Assembly: GCA_937877575.1 (NCBI GenBank)
Contig: CALFIZ010000077.1
Span: forward strand, 1 to 34,039
Length of the DNA stretch: 34,039 nucleotides
Source of the DNA: an uncultured Marinilabiliales bacterium
GTDB taxonomy: Bacteria; Bacteroidota; Bacteroidia; Bacteroidales; BM520
Reading direction: 5' to 3'
In this document: piece after piece, positions 19,317 to 28,218 of the stretch
Numbering within the stretch: position 1 is the stretch's first letter
Layout: the number at the start of each line of letters is the position of its first letter
Notes under the pieces: generated by a model
The model's database searches: none
Told to the model about the DNA's origin: nothing
The model's input: only the letters and a program-made list of their open reading frames with translations
Program-made: the position numbers and the translations under genes

Positions 19317-19784
19317 ATGAAAATAAAAAAACTGATACTTACTTCCGCGGTCATGATGACTATTATGCTGTTTACCTCCTGCAAACATTATGTGTGCGAC
19401 AAGTATTACAATTTTGAGAAAGGCTGGCCTATTGAGGACACTTTGCAGTACAGTTTTAATATCGATGACACGGAAGGCAGTTATAAGGTCAAATTCAACC
19501 TGCGGGTCAGTGATGAATACAAATACAGGAACATGTTCCTTTTTACTAAGACGATATTTCCAGATAATGCGCAAAAGATTGACACTCTGCAGTTTATATT
19601 GAGTGATGAGGAGGGCAATTCTTATGGTAAAGGTATATCCGCGAATAAGGAATTGGAATTTGTTATAGATGATGCTGCCCGGTTTGTCCAGCGTGGCCAT
19701 TACTCCTTCGAAGTGCTTCAAGGAATGCGTGATAACCCGCTTGAGGGCGTGAACAGTCTCGGATTTGTGATTATACAGAATTAA
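19317..19784 (+). CDS. gldH: Gliding-motility/T9SS-associated lipoprotein GldH
   Basis: 155 aa from the internal ATG (MKIKKLILTSAVMMTIMLFTSC, a lipobox). Family-typical features: KFNLRVSDEYKYRNMFLF, DTLQFILSDEEGNSYGKG, QGMRDNPLEGVNSLGFVI. The track ORF start at 19221 would overlap the PSP1 gene and is unlikely. Confidence 0.75.
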   Translation: MKIKKLILTSAVMMTIMLFTSCKHYVCDKYYNFEKGWPIEDTLQYSFNIDDTEGSYKVKFNLRVSDEYKYRNMFLFTKTIFPDNAQKIDTLQFILSDEEGNSYGKGISANKELEFVIDDAARFVQRGHYSFEVLQGMRDNPLEGVNSLGFVIIQN

Positions 19785-19803
19785 CTTTAAAATACATTTA
19801 ATT

Positions 19804-22719
19804 ATGAAAAGATTATTCTTTGCGGTTTTGATTGCCATGACAACATTAACTGTCAGTGCACAGGGTGTCAAGACAATAAGTGACCCCGACAAGGGTCAGT
19901 TTACTGAATATGGTCAGACGACCTGTTCCCCTTCCAAGTCCTCGGCTGACGACCCGAATGTAATGTGGGTCAACAACCAACAGTATTCGATTGGCGGTCA
20001 GGTGTTTATGCCGAATAACCACAACGTGCTCACCTGTTGGGCAACCAATTATTCAAGGTTGTCATATTATCAGGGCACATCCGGTACGGTCTTTTGGGAA
20101 ATGACCTCCGAGACCAATACTATGAACGGTATGTGCAGCACCAACAAGGCAGGCACCGCCATGATAGTTCCTGAAGGTCAGAAAATATATGTGGTTGATC
20201 CTTCGACCGGAATGTCAATTAATGAAATCTCTTTCCCCGGAAGCATCAACAGATGTCTCGTTGACGAGGCAGGCACATGTATGTTTGTGGCATATACCGG
20301 TGAATCGTCATATTTTGTCACGAGATATGAACTGAATGCCAGTCAGCCTACATGGACCATTGAGACTACCTGCAACATTGTGGGATTGTCAATTCCTGCC
20401 GACGGATGCCGCTTGGCAGTAAGCTTTGCACAGGGCTACAGAGCCATCTGGATTGTCAATCCTGCAACCGGTGAGGTAATCCAGGACAACATCGGCTATT
20501 ACGACAATTCTCCGACACAGTATCCTGCACTGAGTGCCGACGGTGAATTTCTGGTATTCGGCGACTTCACCGGCAAGGCTTATCTCTACAGATGGAACGG
20601 AGAACAATATTATATGGTATGGAAGGCAAACATAGCAGGTGAAAATGCAAGCTCAACATGGGGCTGTGCAAACGCCATCTCTGCCGATGGCAGCACGATT
20701 GCAATAGGAACTCTCGACTTTGTGCCATCAGGCTATAATGGCTGCATATATGTATTCAACAACTATTCTTCTGAACCGGTATGGGTTTATACCAATGTGG
20801 GCGATGAGATAGGACAGATAGCCATAAGCGACAACGGTGATGTCATCGCCTGCGCTTCTGCGGGGCCTTTGAATCATTCCTCTGCCGACCTGTTCGTTTT
20901 CCGTAAACAATCGAATGTGCCTATGGCTGCCATCAACACTCCCGGTTCCTTTGAATATGTCGCTATTTCCGGTGACGGCAATTTTTGCGTTGCAACCGGC
21001 AAGGCTGTTCACATCCGTGAGATGGGCTACGGTGGCATGGCCTATTATCTGAACTGCGTTCCTCAAAACACCGGAACACTTGCCGGAACAGTAATCCTTG
21101 AAGGTGAATACGACTACAGTGATGTCAATGTCACGATAGCAGATGATGATTCATATTATACAAGAACATCCGCAGACGGCAGTTTCAACCTCCGTTTTAT
21201 TCCTACCGGCACATATACCGTTATATTCAGCAAACCCGGTTTCTATTCACAGACCCTCACCAATGTCCAGATTGCAAGTGGAGAGACAACATCCTGCAAT
21301 GTTGAGCTCGAGCCTGCCGGTCAGCCTATAGAAGACCTGCTGGCTTCAAAGGGTGCATACTCATATATCGATCTCCTCTGGAGCGGACAATCCAATGCAG
21401 TTGCTTATAATGTCTATCGTAAGAGCGTTGATTTTGCTCCGTTTACGGAACTGATTGCAACCGTTGAAAATGCTGAAGAATACATCGATGAAACCGTAGA
21501 GCCTAAAAAGGTTTATTATTATGCGGTTACAGCGGTGCTCTCCGATGGCGCTGAAACAGCTTATTCAAACGTCTGTGAGGGATATGTCGCCACCACCAAG
21601 ATAACAGCTGAGATAGATGTTTATCGTGGCACAGTTCCTACAATCGACGGTATCATGTCGGAGGGAGAATGGGATGATGCCTATACCGTTGACGTGTCGA
21701 ATTATGTCGGCATAACCACGTTGGGCAACGTTATACTTCATTTCAAGATGGATTCAGATTATCTCTATGTCTGCAGTGAAAACCATTGTGATACCGAATT
21801 CAATAACAATGATGGTGTCGCATTCTACATAGATGATAACAACGATGGTGTTTTCGCCGATGATGACAGTGAAGGCAACTATTGGATGTATTACGGCACC
21901 CCTTGTACAGTCCGCTATCGTCCGATTCATTCCAACGGTGGTGTCGGAACTACAATCAATCTTCCGGAAGAAATCATAGCTACGTCTCTTTCAACCGGAT
22001 ATGAAATTATCGAATTCGCCCTGCCTTTCGGTGATTCTGAAACATGGATGATAAATCCCGGTGAAAACAACAACAGCGGAATGTATCTTTTCGTCCGTGA
22101 TGCTGCGACTTCAACAATGTATGGCAAATGGCCTGCAGAAAATGACAATACGTTTACGCCTGTCGATTACGGCGTAATCAATTATGACGTTGAAAATACA
22201 GTACCTGCCCCGCCGACAAACCTTACCGTTGACAGGGAAGTCCTCAGAAGGCTCGTATATGCCCCTGTTTCATGGGATATGCCGGCAATACACGATTTCG
22301 GCCATTTCAACGTATTTGTGAATTCCGATGAACCTACTGCTCAGGTTGAGGGAACTGAAATAATCCTTGATATTGAACAGTACAATGAATACAGCGTTTA
22401 CGTTACCACGGTGGATGCTTCGGGCCAGGAATCTGAACATTCCGAGACTTTGACATTCAATACCGACGGTATAAATGAAATCACAAGCTCTTTCACCGTT
22501 TATCCAAACCCTGCAAGCACCGACATCACAGTCTCTTCCGATATTACAACCGGCGGGACAATAAAAATAGTTGACATGTCGGGAAGAATAGTCAAATCAT
22601 TGAATAGCAGTAATTTGAGCTTGGTAAGGATTCCTATTGACGATTTGGGCCAAGGTATTTATATTACTGTCATCAGTTATGACAACACTGTTGTGGTTAG
22701 AAAAATTATTGTAAAATAA
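19804..22719 (+). CDS. Secreted multidomain T9SS cargo protein of unknown function (beta-propeller-like repeats, CarboxypepD_reg-like, CBM9-like, Fn3-like, T9SS C-terminal sorting domain)
   Basis: 971 aa. Signal peptide MKRLFFAVLIAMTTLTVSAQG. Repeated S/A-DG-x-x-hydrophobic blades (IPADGCRLAVS, LSADGEFLVFG, ISADGSTIAIG, ISDNGDVIACA, ISGDGNFCVAT). GTLAGTVILEG...DGSFNLRFIPTGTYTVIFSKPGFY. DGIMSEGEWDDAY. C-terminal FTVYPNPASTDITV...IKIVDMSGRIVKSL...GIYITVI... Confidence 0.8.
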   Translation: MKRLFFAVLIAMTTLTVSAQGVKTISDPDKGQFTEYGQTTCSPSKSSADDPNVMWVNNQQYSIGGQVFMPNNHNVLTCWATNYSRLSYYQGTSGTVFWEMTSETNTMNGMCSTNKAGTAMIVPEGQKIYVVDPSTGMSINEISFPGSINRCLVDEAGTCMFVAYTGESSYFVTRYELNASQPTWTIETTCNIVGLSIPADGCRLAVSFAQGYRAIWIVNPATGEVIQDNIGYYDNSPTQYPALSADGEFLVFGDFTGKAYLYRWNGEQYYMVWKANIAGENASSTWGCANAISADGSTIAIGTLDFVPSGYNGCIYVFNNYSSEPVWVYTNVGDEIGQIAISDNGDVIACASAGPLNHSSADLFVFRKQSNVPMAAINTPGSFEYVAISGDGNFCVATGKAVHIREMGYGGMAYYLNCVPQNTGTLAGTVILEGEYDYSDVNVTIADDDSYYTRTSADGSFNLRFIPTGTYTVIFSKPGFYSQTLTNVQIASGETTSCNVELEPAGQPIEDLLASKGAYSYIDLLWSGQSNAVAYNVYRKSVDFAPFTELIATVENAEEYIDETVEPKKVYYYAVTAVLSDGAETAYSNVCEGYVATTKITAEIDVYRGTVPTIDGIMSEGEWDDAYTVDVSNYVGITTLGNVILHFKMDSDYLYVCSENHCDTEFNNNDGVAFYIDDNNDGVFADDDSEGNYWMYYGTPCTVRYRPIHSNGGVGTTINLPEEIIATSLSTGYEIIEFALPFGDSETWMINPGENNNSGMYLFVRDAATSTMYGKWPAENDNTFTPVDYGVINYDVENTVPAPPTNLTVDREVLRRLVYAPVSWDMPAIHDFGHFNVFVNSDEPTAQVEGTEIILDIEQYNEYSVYVTTVDASGQESEHSETLTFNTDGINEITSSFTVYPNPASTDITVSSDITTGGTIKIVDMSGRIVKSLNSSNLSLVRIPIDDLGQGIYITVISYDNTVVVRKIIVK

Positions 22720-22768
22720 TTTGAATAATCTCTCGTTAACTACTTGTCAAGCAATTAAAAGTGGATAA

Positions 22769-25018
22769 ATGAGTAAATCAGGAAGAAGCCCGTTAAGAAC
22801 TTTTACAATCTGGTTCTGGGGAATAATATTAGTGGGGGTACTGTCGGTATCCCTGCTATTTATGTTGATTTCAAAAGGCAAGCTTGGATTTATGCCTTCG
22901 TTTGATGAATTGGAAAACAAGAAGTCGAGCCTTGCCACTGAAATTATTTCGGCGGATAATGTAGTCATAGGAAAGTTTTATTATGAAAACAGGTCCAATG
23001 TCACTTATCCAGAAATTTCGCCAAATCTTGTCAATGCACTGATATCCACTGAGGATGAGCGTTTCCGCGAACATTGCGGCATTGATTTCAAATCATTGGG
23101 ACGTGTTATCTTTGGTTTGGTTACTGGCAACAGCAGAGGCGGCGGCAGTACAATTACCCAGCAGCTTGCAAAAAACTTGTTTCCGCGTGAAAACATCAAC
23201 AAACTTCAACTTATTCTTGTGAAATTCAAGGAATGGGTTGTCGCCGTGAAGCTTGAGCACAACTACAGTAAAGATGAAATCATCGCCATGTATTTCAACA
23301 CCATGTTTTTCGGTAACAATGCATACGGAATCAAGGCTGCTTCCAATATCTATTTCGATAAGGAACCGATTGACCTGAATGTAGAGGAGTCGGCACTTCT
23401 TGTCGGAATGCTCAAAGCCCCGTCATCGTATAATCCGAGGACTAACAGTGAAAGGGCTACTGCGCGTCGAAACACTGTTCTGAGACAGATGAAGAAAAAT
23501 TCTTATCTTTCCGGTATGGAATACGATTCAATATCGCAGATTCCAGTTGATATGACTCATTTCAGACGACAGGATCATACTACCGGTATTGCCAAGCATT
23601 TCCGTGAAATGATACGCAGAAAGATGACCGCATGGTGCAAAACTCATTACAAGTCTGACGGAAGCAATTATAATCTTTATTCCGATGGGCTGAAAATTTA
23701 TGTCACCATTGATTCAAGATATCAGAAATATGCTGAAGAGGCTATTGAAGAATATATCAACGGCACGTTGCAGCCTGCATTCGACAAACAGTGGAAGGGT
23801 GACAAGAACGCTCCGTTTGTGTTTCCTGCTTCCGAGGCTGAGAAAGGCATATCAAAGCTGATGACCGCTGCCATGAAACGCAGCGACAGGTATAGATCCA
23901 TGCGTGATAGCGGCTGCAGCAATGATTCGATTGAAAAGGCTTTTCATACAGAGGTCCCCATGACCGTTTTCTCCTTGCGCGGAGATATTGATACGGTCAT
24001 GACTCCATGGGATTCCATACGATATTTCAAGATGTTTCTGCGGACAGGCCTGGTATCGGTCGAACCCGGTACAGGATATGTGAAGGCGTATGCCTGCGGG
24101 CCTGACTATAACTATTTCCAGTATGACAATGTTACGCAGATGCAGCGTCAGGTCGGTTCCACATTCAAACCGATTCTATATACCCTTGCCATGCAGGAAG
24201 GTGAATTCACACCATGCAGCACGTTGCCAAATATTCAGGTCAGTATTGACATACCAGGAAGTCAAACCTGGGAACCACGCAACGACAGCAAGTCGAGAAT
24301 AGGTGAGGAAGTGACCCTTAAATGGGCACTTGCACAGTCAAACAACTGGATTTCCGCAGCCCTCATAAAACGTTACGGACCGGAACCGGTTATAGCTATG
24401 GCGCATAAAATGGGCATCACAGCCGATATTCCGCCTGTTTATTCCATCGCACTCGGGACTGCCGACATATCTCTGATGGAAATGGTCGGAGCCATGAACA
24501 CTTTCGCAAGCAAAGGGGTTTACATCGAACCTGTCTTCATCACAAAGATTTGTGACATGGATGACAATCTGATTGAAAGTTTTGTGGCACGTCAGGAAGA
24601 GGCTATTGACGAACAGACTGCCTATCTTATGATTGAACTTATGAAAGGCGTGGTGCAGTCAGGTACCGGTATCCGTCTGCGCACCCAATATGGGCTGACT
24701 AACCCGATTGCCGGAAAAACCGGAACTACACAGAACAATTCCGACGGATGGTTTATGGGACTTACCCCTGACCTTGTTTCCGGTGTCTGGACTGGCTGCG
24801 AGGACCGTGCCTGCCATTTCAAGACAATGGCTATGGGACAAGGCTCAAGAATGGCTATGCCTATATGGGCCATCTATATGAAAAAATTATATGGCGACCC
24901 GTCCATCAAATTGTCACGCGGTGATTTCGACAAACCTAACCAGCCACTGTCAGTCGAGTTTGACTGTGACAAGTATGACAGTAAAAACGAAGATGAAGAT
25001 TTCAATGAAAACTTTTGA
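22769..25018 (+). CDS. mrcA: Penicillin-binding protein 1A (bifunctional glycosyltransferase/transpeptidase)
   Basis: 749 aa. GT51 motifs (STEDERFREHCGID, GGSTITQQLAKN, RKFKEW-like, KDEIIAMYFN). Transpeptidase motifs (STFKP, SNN, KTGTT). Confidence 0.9.
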   Translation: MSKSGRSPLRTFTIWFWGIILVGVLSVSLLFMLISKGKLGFMPSFDELENKKSSLATEIISADNVVIGKFYYENRSNVTYPEISPNLVNALISTEDERFREHCGIDFKSLGRVIFGLVTGNSRGGGSTITQQLAKNLFPRENINKLQLILVKFKEWVVAVKLEHNYSKDEIIAMYFNTMFFGNNAYGIKAASNIYFDKEPIDLNVEESALLVGMLKAPSSYNPRTNSERATARRNTVLRQMKKNSYLSGMEYDSISQIPVDMTHFRRQDHTTGIAKHFREMIRRKMTAWCKTHYKSDGSNYNLYSDGLKIYVTIDSRYQKYAEEAIEEYINGTLQPAFDKQWKGDKNAPFVFPASEAEKGISKLMTAAMKRSDRYRSMRDSGCSNDSIEKAFHTEVPMTVFSLRGDIDTVMTPWDSIRYFKMFLRTGLVSVEPGTGYVKAYACGPDYNYFQYDNVTQMQRQVGSTFKPILYTLAMQEGEFTPCSTLPNIQVSIDIPGSQTWEPRNDSKSRIGEEVTLKWALAQSNNWISAALIKRYGPEPVIAMAHKMGITADIPPVYSIALGTADISLMEMVGAMNTFASKGVYIEPVFITKICDMDDNLIESFVARQEEAIDEQTAYLMIELMKGVVQSGTGIRLRTQYGLTNPIAGKTGTTQNNSDGWFMGLTPDLVSGVWTGCEDRACHFKTMAMGQGSRMAMPIWAIYMKKLYGDPSIKLSRGDFDKPNQPLSVEFDCDKYDSKNEDEDFNENF

Positions 25019-26987
25019 TATTATTGAACACGATCCGTATCTTAAGGATTTTGAAGATAAATTCAATGACCGGTTCAACGCATACTATAATACGAGGAAT
25101 GCCATAGCTCCGGATGGCAATATAGCGAATTTTGCCAACGGCTACAATTTTTTCGGCTGTCATAAATCGCTTGCAGGCTGGATTTTCAGGGAGTGGGCAC
25201 CCAATGCTACGGAGATTTTTCTGATAGGCGAACATTCCGACTGGAAGCCTAAGGAGGAATTTGCGTTTAAGAATTTCGGTGACTATTGGGAACTCCATGT
25301 CGCTGAAAAAATCCTTCATAAGGGAAGTCTTTATCGTCTTCTGATACGTTGGAATGGCGGCGAAGGCGAACGGATCCCAGCCTACGCCACACGTACCGTC
25401 CAAGATGAAGTCACCAAAATATTCAGCGCTCAGATATGGAATGAGGTGACTACATACGAATGGAAATACCCTGCACCAAGCAGACGCAATGACCATCCGA
25501 TAATCTATGAGGCACATATAGGCATGGCCCAGGAAGCCCCACGTGTCAGTACCTACAGGGAATTCAAAATCAACGTCCTGCCAAGAATCGTGGCAGGTGG
25601 CTATAACACCCTCCAACTGATGGCTGTCCAGGAACATCCTTACTACGGCTCCTTCGGATATCATGTCTCCAGTTTCTTCGCAGCGTCCTCACGTTTCGGA
25701 ACACCTGAGGAACTGAAGGAAATCATCGACGAGGCTCATAAGAATAACCTGTATGTTATTATGGATATAGTTCATTCTCATGCGGTTAAAAATGAAGTCG
25801 AGGGCTTGGCCAAATATGACGGCACTTCCTATCAGTTCTTCCATGAAGGAGAAAAGGGCAATCATCCGGCATGGGATTCGAAATGCTTCAATTACGGCAA
25901 ACACGATGTTCTCAATTTCCTGCTTTCCAACTGCAAGTATTGGCTTATGGAGTACCATTTCGACGGATTCCGTTTCGATGGCGTGACAAGCATGCTGTAC
26001 TGGAATCATGGCTTGAACCGTAATTTCACTTCATACAATATGTATTTTGAAGAGCTGGACCTCGATGCAAGTGTCTATATGATGCTTGCCAACAATCTGA
26101 TACACAGCGTAAATCCAAATGCAATCACCATTGCTGAAGATATGAGCGGCATGCCCGGAATCGCTGCCCCGTTGAATAAGGGTGGTTTCGGATTTGACTT
26201 CCGCCTCGCTATGGGTGTCCCCGATTTCTGGATAAAAACTTTAAAGGAAGTTCAAGATGAGGATTGGGACGTTGGCACAATTTATTATGAACTGAATAAC
26301 AGACGAAATGATGAAGGCTCCATTTCTTACGTGGAATCGCATGACCAGGCACTTGTAGGTGACAAAACATTGTCTTTCAGACTGATGGACAGCAATATGT
26401 ACACCTCCATGTCTCTTGACAGCAAAGACCTTGTGATAGACAGAGGGGTGGCGCTGCATAAGATGATTCGACTTTTCACCCTAAGCACAGCAGGTTCGGG
26501 ATACCTCAATTTTATGGGCAATGAGTTCGGCCATCCGGAATGGATTGACTTTCCGCGCGAAGGCAATAACTGGTCATATAAGTATTGCCGCCGTCAGTGG
26601 ACACTCGTTGACAATCATTCACTCAGATATTATAAATTGGCGGAATTCGACAAAGCGATGATTAAGACGGTTGTAGATTATGACTGTTTTGCCGAGAAGT
26701 TCCCATATAAGCTTTATGAACACAATCAGGACCATGTCATCGCATTCCTGAGAAATAAGTTGCTGTTTGTCTTTAACTTCCATCCGACCAATTCATACAG
26801 TGACTATTGTGTGGATGCGCCTGCCGGCGAATATGTGACCGTTCTTGACACCGACAGTTTGGATTTCGACGGGTTCGGTCGCAATGATTCCGCCCTCCAT
26901 CATTTTACAATTAACGAAGGCTCGCGTAACTGTTTGAAACTGTACCTTCCTGCCCGTACTGCCTTGTGCCTGGCCGCTATTCGGTGA
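25005..26987 (+). CDS. glgB: 1,4-alpha-glucan branching enzyme, GH13 (eukaryote-like subtype)
   Basis: About 660 aa from the ATG at 25005 (MKTFDIIEHDPYLKDFEDKFNDRF). GH13 regions DIVHSH, GFRFDGVTSM, IAEDMSG, YVESHDQ. The start overlaps the PBP1A 3' end by 14 nt. The 24891 start in the track is an out-of-context extension. Confidence 0.85.
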   Translation: MKTFDIIEHDPYLKDFEDKFNDRFNAYYNTRNAIAPDGNIANFANGYNFFGCHKSLAGWIFREWAPNATEIFLIGEHSDWKPKEEFAFKNFGDYWELHVAEKILHKGSLYRLLIRWNGGEGERIPAYATRTVQDEVTKIFSAQIWNEVTTYEWKYPAPSRRNDHPIIYEAHIGMAQEAPRVSTYREFKINVLPRIVAGGYNTLQLMAVQEHPYYGSFGYHVSSFFAASSRFGTPEELKEIIDEAHKNNLYVIMDIVHSHAVKNEVEGLAKYDGTSYQFFHEGEKGNHPAWDSKCFNYGKHDVLNFLLSNCKYWLMEYHFDGFRFDGVTSMLYWNHGLNRNFTSYNMYFEELDLDASVYMMLANNLIHSVNPNAITIAEDMSGMPGIAAPLNKGGFGFDFRLAMGVPDFWIKTLKEVQDEDWDVGTIYYELNNRRNDEGSISYVESHDQALVGDKTLSFRLMDSNMYTSMSLDSKDLVIDRGVALHKMIRLFTLSTAGSGYLNFMGNEFGHPEWIDFPREGNNWSYKYCRRQWTLVDNHSLRYYKLAEFDKAMIKTVVDYDCFAEKFPYKLYEHNQDHVIAFLRNKLLFVFNFHPTNSYSDYCVDAPAGEYVTVLDTDSLDFDGFGRNDSALHHFTINEGSRNCLKLYLPARTALCLAAIR

Positions 26988-28101
26988 CCTCGACGATGAA
27001 AGCATCCTTATAACCCATCTTTTTGACTGTTTTCAGATACTCCTGAGCCTCAGACTTGCTTGTGAATTTGCCGGTGGTGTATTTGTATTTGTTGTCAACT
27101 TTCGTATAGGAAATGGTCTTCATCTTTGAAAACTTCTTGTCGTTTGTGTTGACCTTGCTTGAAGTCGTCATGAATTGTATTTTATAGTAAGTTGCAGTTT
27201 TGGCTTCTTTTTTCTTCTCTGTGGCAGCTTGAGCGGTTTGCTTTTCGACAGTTACTTGCTCTGCCTTGACTTCAGCAGGCGGCGTGTATGCCTTTCCGTA
27301 ACTTTCAGTGTCATCGGGAAGTCCTTCTACGTTACGTTTGTATTGTCTGAATGCCTCAAAGATGTTTTGTGCAATCTCATCTTGTCCGCTTGCGCTAACC
27401 AGATATGCCCGGTCCTGCGCATTTGTGATGAATCCGACCTCTGTCAGAATACTTGGCATTGAGGCAGTGTAAAGCACCAGAAATCCCGCCTGCTTGACCC
27501 CGCGGTTATACCTCCCCCTTGACTCGTACCTGTCTTGTATGTTCTTCGCAAGTGTCAGACTTTGATCAAGATGCACATTCTGAAGAAGTGTGAATATTAT
27601 GTTGCTTTCATCGGAGTTCGGGTCATAGCCGTCATAATTCTCCTGATAATTGTCCTCTAAAAGAATTGAGGCATTCTCACGCTTTGAAACATCAAGATTT
27701 TCCTTTGACTTGTGAAGCCCCATGACATAAGTCTCGGTGCCGTATGGTGCCGTCTTTTTGTTTGCATTGCAGTGAACTGAGATGAATAGGTCTGCGTGAT
27801 TCCTGTTGGCGATGTTGGTACGTTCCCTGAGTTCGATGAAAACATCGGAATCACGTGTATATATGACATTGACATCAGGATATTCTTTCTTTATCTTGGC
27901 TCCTAAGAGCTTAACAATCTTAAGGGTTACATCTTTTTCCTTATAACCGTTTGACTGCGCCCCAGGATCCTTGCCGCCGTGTCCTGCATCCAAGACTACA
28001 GTTTTGATTCCGTATCCGTTACCTCCGGTAGCAGTGGAATCCTGCGCCCAGGCATTAAAAAAAACAGTCAGTGTAATAATAATGACTAAAAAACGTTTCA
28101 T
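26977..28101 (-). CDS. N-acetylmuramoyl-L-alanine amidase (Amidase_3) with C-terminal SPOR domain
   Basis: 374 aa. Signal peptide, VLDAGHGGKDPGA, ADLFISVHCNA, LTEVGFITN, and a C-terminal YYKIQFMTSS...GYKDAFIVE. The 3' end overlaps the glgB 3' end by 11 nt (convergent). Confidence 0.9.
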   Translation of the reverse strand: MKRFLVIIITLTVFFNAWAQDSTATGGNGYGIKTVVLDAGHGGKDPGAQSNGYKEKDVTLKIVKLLGAKIKKEYPDVNVIYTRDSDVFIELRERTNIANRNHADLFISVHCNANKKTAPYGTETYVMGLHKSKENLDVSKRENASILLEDNYQENYDGYDPNSDESNIIFTLLQNVHLDQSLTLAKNIQDRYESRGRYNRGVKQAGFLVLYTASMPSILTEVGFITNAQDRAYLVSASGQDEIAQNIFEAFRQYKRNVEGLPDDTESYGKAYTPPAEVKAEQVTVEKQTAQAATEKKKEAKTATYYKIQFMTTSSKVNTNDKKFSKMKTISYTKVDNKYKYTTGKFTSKSEAQEYLKTVKKMGYKDAFIVEVTE

Positions 28102-28130
28102 ATTTAATCCTAAGTTTAGCTTTAAATTTT

Positions 28131-28138
28131 TACCTTTG
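28131..28138 (+). promoter_or_regulatory. -7 promoter box TACCTTTG for the lptD-like gene
   Basis: TACCTTTGCAGT in the divergent intergenic region. Confidence 0.5.
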
Positions 28139-28218
28139 CAGTTTTAGCAATTAACGGCGATAAAATTAATTTTATTTTGACGAGCCAGGGAAACCATATA
28201 GTTTTTTTTATTATCAAC

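Noticed and set aside
24891-25004. 38-codon upstream extension of the glgB ORF in the track (MATRPSNCHAVIS...)
   Set aside because: It lies inside the PBP1A coding sequence in another frame. The branching-enzyme similarity begins at MKTFDIIEHDPYL (ATG 25005).
25002-25664. 220-aa minus-strand ORF
   Set aside because: It is antisense to glgB, a shadow ORF inside a strongly supported GH13 gene.
28177-28218. TTG start for the lptD-like gene as given in the track
   Set aside because: The ATG pair at 28219 precedes a hydrophobic signal-like segment and is more plausible. The TTG start cannot be excluded without experimental data.
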